Origin: Macrostomum lignano
Taxonomy: Eukaryota
Reading direction: 5' to 3'
Assembly (NCBI GenBank): GCA_002269645.1
Contig: NIVC01005123.1
Coordinates: 1-25,560, forward strand
Length of the DNA: 25,560 nt
Shown here piece after piece: positions 18,957-25,560 of this stretch. Position 1 is the first letter of the stretch, and every line of letters starts with the position of its first letter. The notes under the pieces are model-generated. The model saw only the letters and a program-made list of their open reading frames with translations, searched no databases and had not been told where the DNA came from. The translations under genes and the position numbers were made by a program.

Positions 18957-21900
18957 ATGGCTAAACGCAGCGCAGCATCGACCACTTTCCTGGCTGACAA
19001 GAGGCAACGTCTTTATGGTAAGTTTTAATTAATTTCTGACATCAGTCTAGACGGGTTTTGAGTTGCTGCAGCAGGGAGCTTCTATGAATTGACAGGGACA
19101 GGAGCAAGAGGGGCTCGATAGAGAGTTGAAAAGAGCAGGTTAGACAGGCGGGGTTAACAAAGAGTTTAGGGGTTTGTCGCTGTGACAGCTTCAGGAGCAT
19201 GCGGGAATTCAGAGTGCTGCGACAGGGGGCTTACGAGTTTGAGTAGGGAAGGCGCGCAAACAAATAGCAGGCCGGATAACAGCTGCGGGCGGGGGTTAAA
19301 AAATTGCAGAGCGTTTCAGCAGGAGGGTCTACGCGCAAGAGGTTATGTGGGAACACAAACAATGAGCCAGACCGATAAAAAATGGTGGGCGCTCTGACAG
19401 CTGCAGGAGCATGCGGGAATTCAGAGTGCTGCGACAGGGGGCTTACGAGTTTGAGTAGGGAAGACGCGCAAACAAAGAACCAGGCTGGATGCGGCTGGGG
19501 TTAAAAAATTGCAGACGCGTGTCGGGAGGAGGCATGAGTGCGAGGGGTTATGGGGGAGCGCAAACAAAGAACCAGGCTGGATGCGGCTAGGGTTAAAAAA
19601 AATTGCAGAGCGTTTCAGCAGCAGGGCTTGTGCGGGAGGGGTAGCGCAAACAATGAGCCAGGCAAATGCGGCTGGGGTTAAAAAAATTGCAGACGCGTCT
19701 CGGCAGGGGGCATGCGTGCGAGGGGTTATGGGGGAGCGCTAACAAAGAGCCAGGCGGGATGCGGCTGGGGTTAAAAAAATAGCAGAGCGTGTCGGCGGGA
19801 GGGCCTGAGCGCAAGGGGGGAGCGTGAACAATGAGTCGGTTGGAGTCTGATCCTTGGGGTGCCACGAATTGACAGATTCTTCTGGTTTTTTATCTCCTTG
19901 TGTTTTTTCAGACGCGTTTGTCCCGCCAACACAGCCGGAATCTGTTACCGGACCGGGTGAGTTATCCAGCCCCCCATTCCCTAGACAGACCGGGCTGACT
20001 CACACCCCCCCCCATTCGTTCCATGCAGGTTTCACGGCCCGGCTGGATAATCAGCGCGACCTGCCCAAGTTTAGGGCAAAGGGTGTTGAATATGTTGTGA
20101 AGTTAGATGACACCGAAGATTTACGCGAGACATTTGCCAGTATGCTCGATGTCTTTAAGCAAGATTTGGCCGGCGAGGATTTCATGGCTGCGAAATTCGA
20201 GAGCGATAACATGCTCCAAGCGGCTCATACTCCCCCGGTGCGTGCAGCCCGCATGACAGCAGAGTTGTTGTTTAAGCACATTGACAAGATTGTGCAGTCG
20301 GATGCAACCGTATTAAGCAACAACTTTTCTATCCGACTGCTAAAGGCCTGGGTGCCTCGAGGTGGTTGTGCCCTCGAGAACAAGCATCTAGAAGAGCGGC
20401 ACGCCTTCTCCCGCCACTATGTCAGCATCAACAACACGGACAAGAGGTGCCTGCTGCGAGCGCTTGTTGTCGCATGCGCCTACCTGCAATTTGTGGCCAA
20501 GCGCATCACCGAGGATGTGTGGCGCAGGATCAAGACCAATTCGCCCAAGCAGACTAAGCTGGCGACTGAGCTGCAAGTCGAAGCAGGCCTCTACACGGTA
20601 AGTTGTGCACTAGTATCAGTATCATGGAATACTAAAAGATATATTTTCTGATAAGAATTTTTACGCAGTATCATGGAATACTAAAAGAAATCTTACATAG
20701 TACCAGGGAATACTAAAAGAATTTTTACACAGTATCATGGAATACTAAAAGATATATTTTCCGATAATATTTTTTACATAGTATCAGGGAATACTAAAAG
20801 AAATATTTTACCCCCACACAGACTCATCAAATCGTCTCGCAGGCTGGTCCTTTCGGGCTGGATGCACTGCCCGAAGCGATCTGTTCCCTGAACCGGCTGC
20901 ATCCTGGCCACAACTTTGGTGTACGCGTGTACCGGGCAGAGGAGGCCAACAGGTGCATCTTCAACCTGCCTGGCACCGAGATTCTGCACCTGCACCTGGT
21001 TGAACAGCACTTCAATGTGATCACCAAGCTGCCTGCGTTTTTCGGCAGCCACCACTACTGTGCCAAGTGCGAGATGGCCTATGATAGCGACCCCGCCAAG
21101 CACAAGTGTGCGGATGCCTGTAGCACCTGCAAGACTCCGGGCTCTAACTGCAAGGTCAACCGCGCATATGTAAGATGCCAGGATTGCGGGCTAAACTGTT
21201 ATAATGCTCAGTGCCTAGAGAATCACAAGCGCAAGAATAAGGCGGGCAGATCTCGCTGTGATTCAGTCCACGTTTGCGGCACGTGCGGCTATCTAGAAGA
21301 ACTAAAAGTAGGCCAAGCCCCCGAGCATCAGTGTGGTTACGCCAAGTGCCCAGTCTGCAAGCAGTACGACGAAACTGCCACCCACGAGTGCTTTGTCACC
21401 CCGCCCAAAGCCAAAGAGTCTAGCGCCCCGTAAGTTTACTATGATTTTGAGACGTACGTGGACTCGGGAAAGCAGCACCGGGTACACTTGGTTACGGCAG
21501 CTACCTCCTGCGAGGCGTGTCCCAAACTCTTCCCCAGGCCCCGCTGCGGCGCGTGCGGGGGACTACACAGCTCAGCCAATTGCATTGCGGGACGCGATTT
21601 GGCGCGCGATTTTACGAGCTGTGTGTCCCACAGCGACTGTGCCTGCGGGATGCGAGAGTTTGTATCCGTCGGGCCGCACTCTATAGACGCTTTTTACTGC
21701 TGGTTGACTACACTGTTCAAGCAGGGAGCTATTGCTATAGCGCACAATGGCTCTGCGTACGATGCATTCCTCCTGCTCGGCGCCCTACTCAATGGCCTGG
21801 CCAAGAAGAAGCCGCAGGTGATTTTCCAAAACAGCCGCCTAATGTATAAGAAGTGCGACAAGATCGCATTCAAGGACAGCCTCAACTTTATCCCTATTGG

Positions 21901-22783
21901 TCTGGCGCAATTCCCAAAGGCGCTTGGTTTGGGCACCCAACTGACCAAGGGAGATTTACCGCACGTGTTTAATCAGCCAGAAAACTGGGGCTACGTGGGG
22001 CCCTACTGCTCAATTGAAATGTACGGAGGCAAGAAAAACAAGCAGCACGACTCTATCACAGACTGGCTGGCCAAGCAGGAGGGTCGAGTGTTTGATTTCA
22101 ATAAGGAGTACCTGGACTATTGCCTGCAGGACACGCTAATTTTGCGGGAAGGCTGTCTAAAGTACGCCCGCCTGATTAAGGACATTTGCGGACTGGACGC
22201 ATTTGTTCAATCCAACACCATTGCGGGCTTGGCTATGGCAGTATTCACCACCAAGTTTATGGAGCCCAACACTCTTGGGGTGATTTCCCGCCGATCGGAT
22301 GTACAGTCGCACAAGGCGCGGTGCTGGCTTGCACATTTGAATGCAACCGAGTTTGGCGGCCGGTTGAGGACAGCGGACTCGGGCGGCGAGGCTTTTGCCA
22401 TGGGTCGTAAGGTGGACGGCTTCGACCCGGAGACTAGGACGGTGCTGCAGTTTCACGGCTGCTTCTTCCACGGTTGCCCAAAGTGCTTCCCCAATGGCGA
22501 CGTGCTGCACCCGCTCAAGAACCAGCCAATGCGGGCAATTTATGAAGAGACTGAGCGCTTCACTCGCCTGCTCTCTACCGCCTACAATGTGCGTGTCATG
22601 TGGGAGCACGACTATCAGGACGAGGGAGCGCCAGTCCAGCAGCCTATTCGCCTGGAGGATGCCCTGTTTGGCGGACGCACCGAGGCTTTTGTCCCGCACG
22701 CCGAGGCCACCGAGACTGTGCAGCTGCGCTATCGGGATGTGGTAAGTTTGTACACTTTTCAAAGTTTTTTCAAAATTTCTCAT

Positions 22784-22833
<50 letters not shown>

Positions 22834-24293
22834 GACTTGTGTTTGAGTTTGGCCTACTTACCCCCCTAGGTGTCGCTCTACCCGACTGTCAACAAGTTTG
22901 ACAAGTACCCCGTCGGGCATCCGGTTCACCACCCCGAGCCTCATCTACTGGATGAGCAGCAGCTGGCCCGGTATTTTGGCATCGCCGAGGTGTCAATTCT
23001 GCCGCCAACCAATCTCCACATTCCGCTACTGCCCGCCAAGATTAGCAAGAAGCTAGTTTTCGGCCTCTGCCGCGTCTGCATGGAGACCCAGTGCAGCAGC
23101 GAGTGTACACACACTGACGCTGAGAGAATGCTCCGCGGCACGTGGTCGACCCCAGAGCTCCACAAGGCCCTGCAGTTGGGTTAAAAGCTGCAGTCAGTTC
23201 ATGCCCTGGCCTATTGGACCAAGACTCGGACCGGGCTGTTTGCTTATTATGTAAACACCTTTTTAAAGCTCAAAGCCGAGTCTAGCGGTTCGCCGGGGAT
23301 GACTGAGGACGCCAAGGCTGCCTACATGGCCAGCTTTTTTGAGCGCGAAGGCGTCCGGCTGGAAAAGGTGGAAGAAAATCCTGGCCTGCGCTTTGTTGCC
23401 AAGATTTTTCTAAACTCGTAAGTCTGGGTTTGAACAGTGGGGACCGTGTTTTTCTACTTACAGTAGTAATACTAAATCTTTTTTTCCCTGCAGGCTCTGG
23501 GGCAAATTCTGCCAGCCGGATGACTTGACCTCCACAGAGATTGTGGACAGTTACGAGGCGTGGCTGCAGCGCCTGACAGACCCGTCCATCAAAGTCAAGT
23601 CGTGCGAGCCAATAGGAGAGTGCTTCATGATGCTTGAATACAAGCCCCGAATTGGTGTTGCTGGCGAGCGGGCATTCAAGTACGCCAATGTACCTATTGG
23701 AGTTTTCACCACCTCCCATGCCCGGCTGCGACTCTACGAGGCTCTGGAGGGCCTAGGAACCCGCGTGATTTACGCCGATACTGATTCGTAAGTTTTTCAC
23801 ACTGTCTGTCTGTCTGCTTCGCTCCCCTAAACACTTTATTCTCCTCCTCCTCCCCAGGGTCGTATACCGGTGCTCTCCGGGCGAGTACGAGCCTCCGGGC
23901 GGATCGAGTTTGGGGCAGTGGACTGACGAGGTACCTGCCGGCTGCCGCATGGTACAGTTCACCACGGGAGGCCCCAAGCTCTATCGCTATGTGGTGGAGA
24001 AGCCCGACGGGTCGCTGTACTCGGTGCTCAAGTGCAAGAGCATCCGAGTCACGCCCGAGATTTCCGAGCGGGAGGCGGAGCTGCAGGAGATTCTGCGCCA
24101 CGGCGGGGCTGTACGGCTGCCCCAGGCACAGTTCAGGCGCGACAAGGCCAGCTGTACAATTCGGACCCTGGAGATGGATAAGACATTCCAGCGCGTCATG
24201 ACTAAGCGAGTGTATGGGTCTGGCAGCCGCCCGTTTGGCTTTCGGGAGCCTCCCTTGACTGAGATTCCCCTGTCTGTGCGGCACTTGGGATAA
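18957..24293 (+). CDS. polB: Protein-primed family B DNA polymerase (Polinton/Maverick/adintovirus type), 6 exons, about 1314 codons, two internal TAA
   Basis: Exons 18957-19017, 19912-20597, 20822-22741, 22870-23417, 23494-23787 and 23858-24293 total 3945 nt, are all GT-AG and phase-compatible. Motifs are ExoI YYDFETY, ExoII AHNGSAYD, ExoIII YCLQD, LFGGRTE, motif A RDV|VSLYP, motif B KIFLNS|LWGKF, motif C YADTDS|VVY, and GGPKLY. In-frame TAA at 21431 and 23182. AATAAA overlaps the final stop. Confidence 0.93.
19183..19838. repeat. Higher-order repeat array in pPolB intron 1
   Basis: The core GCGGCTGGGGTTAAAAAA(A)TTGCAGA (with variants) has its TTA at 19296, 19501, 19593, 19678 and 19771. 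An about 82-bp direct repeat also occurs at 19183 and 19395. Confidence 0.9.
20618..20800. repeat. Five 21-bp quasi-palindromic repeats in pPolB intron 2
   Basis: AGTA(T/C)CA(T/G)GGAATACTAAAAG at 20618, 20667, 20699, 20731 and 20780. Confidence 0.92.
22786..22830. repeat. (CA)n microsatellite in pPolB intron 3
   Basis: Uninterrupted CA run of about 22 units. Confidence 0.97.
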
Positions 24294-24312
24294 TAAAACC
24301 TATTTGGAAGCT

Positions 24313-24496
24313 CCCCTGGGGAGAATTCTCTTTGTATGCGGTCTGCTACCTCCACTGTACATTGGGGCGGTCTCTGTTACTCCTCTCTGCCCGCACTGTA
24401 CTCCGCTAAGGATCCCCCGGCCCTGGGGAGGAATTGAATTTCTCTATGTTACTCCGCCTGCACTGTACATTGGGATCCCCCGGCCCTGGGAGGAAT
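24313..24496. repeat. Degenerate direct repeats downstream of pPolB
   Basis: CACTGTAC x3, GGATCCCCCGGCCCTGGG(G)AGGAAT x2, TGTTACTCC x2. Confidence 0.75.
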
Positions 24497-25063
24497 GCGG
24501 GGCGTGTCTCTTTACTAGGAAGCCGGATATTTTACTTTGCACCTATAAGCTTAATTTTGCACACATATGTTGTATTATACTTAACTTCCAGTGTGTGTAT
24601 TTTATCCTATGCATTGAAATTTGTGCCTGCGGTTAATATGCAAAATGTAATGTTTAAAATCTGCCTACATTATATGCTATGTAATTTTCCTGTATTATAC
24701 TCAATTTGCACCTACAGTGTATGTATGCACCTGCATAATTGAAATCGAGAGTGCGTATGTGTATTTCCGCCTATGTTTAATTTTCCTGCAGTATACTTGA
24801 ATCTGCCTACTACACTAATATGTACCCGCTTTGTATTTTGCCTGTTTTACCGTCTGCCAATATAACGATAATATCATTATGTATACCTAAGTTTGTACAC
24901 CTATATGCATTATGCACCAATATGTACATTTTAATATGCACCTGCATTATACCTATGCGCCTACCATGTATTTTTTATACTTTTTATGTAAATATACGCA
25001 ATTTCACCTACTATAAGTAGTTTTCGTAATTTTGTGTGTTAATATCGCTGACTATACGTATCG

Positions 25064-25340
25064 GTGTACACCTGTATTGGGCGAGTGTACACCTGTATTG
25101 GGTGAGTGTACACCTGGCGCCTGTGGCGGGAGGGTCTACATATCTGGAGGGTGAGCCTGCGGCTCGGGAGGGTCGCCTCCAGCTGCGCCTGCGGCATACA
25201 TATCGTAGGGTGTACTTATCGGGAGGGTCTACATATCGGGAGGGTCTACATATCGGAGGGTCTACATATCGGAGGGCCGCCTGCGGCATACATATCGGGG
25301 GAGGGCGCCTGCGGCATGGCGCCTGCGGCGCGCGCGCGCG
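25064..25340. repeat. GC-rich composite repeat block
   Basis: 21-bp GTGTACACCTGTATTGGGyGA units at 25064, 25085 and 25106 (last one partial); 16-17 bp GGAGGGTCTACATATC x4; GCCTGCGGC x5; ends in a (GC)n run. Confidence 0.9.
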
Positions 25341-25348
25341 AGCGCCAG

Positions 25349-25478
25349 CCAATGAGAGGCGAGGAGGGTTGACACCCACCCCACCTCCAAAAACGCCCGG
25401 ATACGGGTTCATATAGTAGTGCGTTGAACTTTCGAATTTCCGCCGGCGTTGTGGTCGCACATATAAATCCGGAAGTAT
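25349..25478 (+). promoter_or_regulatory. Candidate Pol II promoter for a gene beyond the right edge
   Basis: CCAAT at 25349-25353, TATAAA at 25462-25467, and CCGGAAGT (ETS-like) immediately after. Confidence 0.4.
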
Positions 25479-25560
25479 CGCAGACGAATCACAACGAAAT
25501 TCTTTCTCCTTGTTTTACTCGCGACTGCCGGGGTCCTCAAATTCCGGGGAGGGTAGTCAT

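Larger units (their letters stand above)
17900..25560. mobile_element. Part of a Polinton/Maverick-like or endogenous viral element; boundaries not defined and probably extending past the right edge
   Basis: pPolB plus a PC4-like gene, a small ORF and GC-rich repeat blocks. No integrase, ATPase, capsid or TIR pair is visible in the window. Confidence 0.7.

Noticed and set aside
19183-19838. CRISPR-like repeat/spacer pattern in intron 1
   Set aside because: The intervening segments are related to each other (two alternating types), so they are not acquired unique spacers.
22742-22869. His-Thr repeat tail at the end of ORF 21458-22846
   Set aside because: It is translation of the intronic (CA)n. 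Splicing 22741 to 22870 restores motif A.
25415-25420. AGTAGT as a Polinton terminus
   Set aside because: There is a single short match in the wrong orientation for a right end, no longer (AGT)n/(AG)n run, no TIR partner and no TSD.
24304-25460. ORFs in the 3' repeat and AT-rich region
   Set aside because: They are Cys/Ile/Tyr-rich or repeat-derived translations with no domain features.
2256-25560. A 3' LTR partner for the LTR at 2256-2806
   Set aside because: No second copy was seen. TGTGACGTCAGC at about 17603 matches only the first 8 bases.

Overview
Eukaryotic (metazoan) genomic DNA made almost entirely of nested, decaying mobile elements, with GT-AG introns throughout. The CAG-rich coding style and the RTE-type RT suggest a flatworm such as Macrostomum, but that is only a guess. 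Left to right: (1) 5' half of an intron-containing hAT-like transposase (538-2255); (2) a Ty3/Gypsy-type 5' LTR (2256-2806) with a tRNA-Gln primer binding site, leader repeats and a truncated gag; (3) a spliced BEN/DUF4806-like gene with a Gln-rich tail; (4) the 3' end of a hAT transposase, followed 20 bp after its stop codon by a second, related 6.06-kb hAT element (7197-13255) with TIRs and a perfect 8-bp TSD; (5) a 64-bp 28S rRNA-like fragment altered at the R2/I-PpoI site; (6) a hAT MITE; (7) an RTE-like RT fragment; (8) a Polinton/Maverick- or adintovirus-like replication module (about 17900 to the window end). The module has a 6-exon, about 1314-codon protein-primed DNA polymerase B whose introns split motifs A, B and C, with vOTU-like, Zn-finger and Vsr-like domains and two internal TAA codons. 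It also has a divergently transcribed PC4-like ssDNA-binding gene, a small orphan ORF and three structured repeat arrays. No capsid, ATPase or integrase gene is visible in the window. All alignments and splice models were made by eye.
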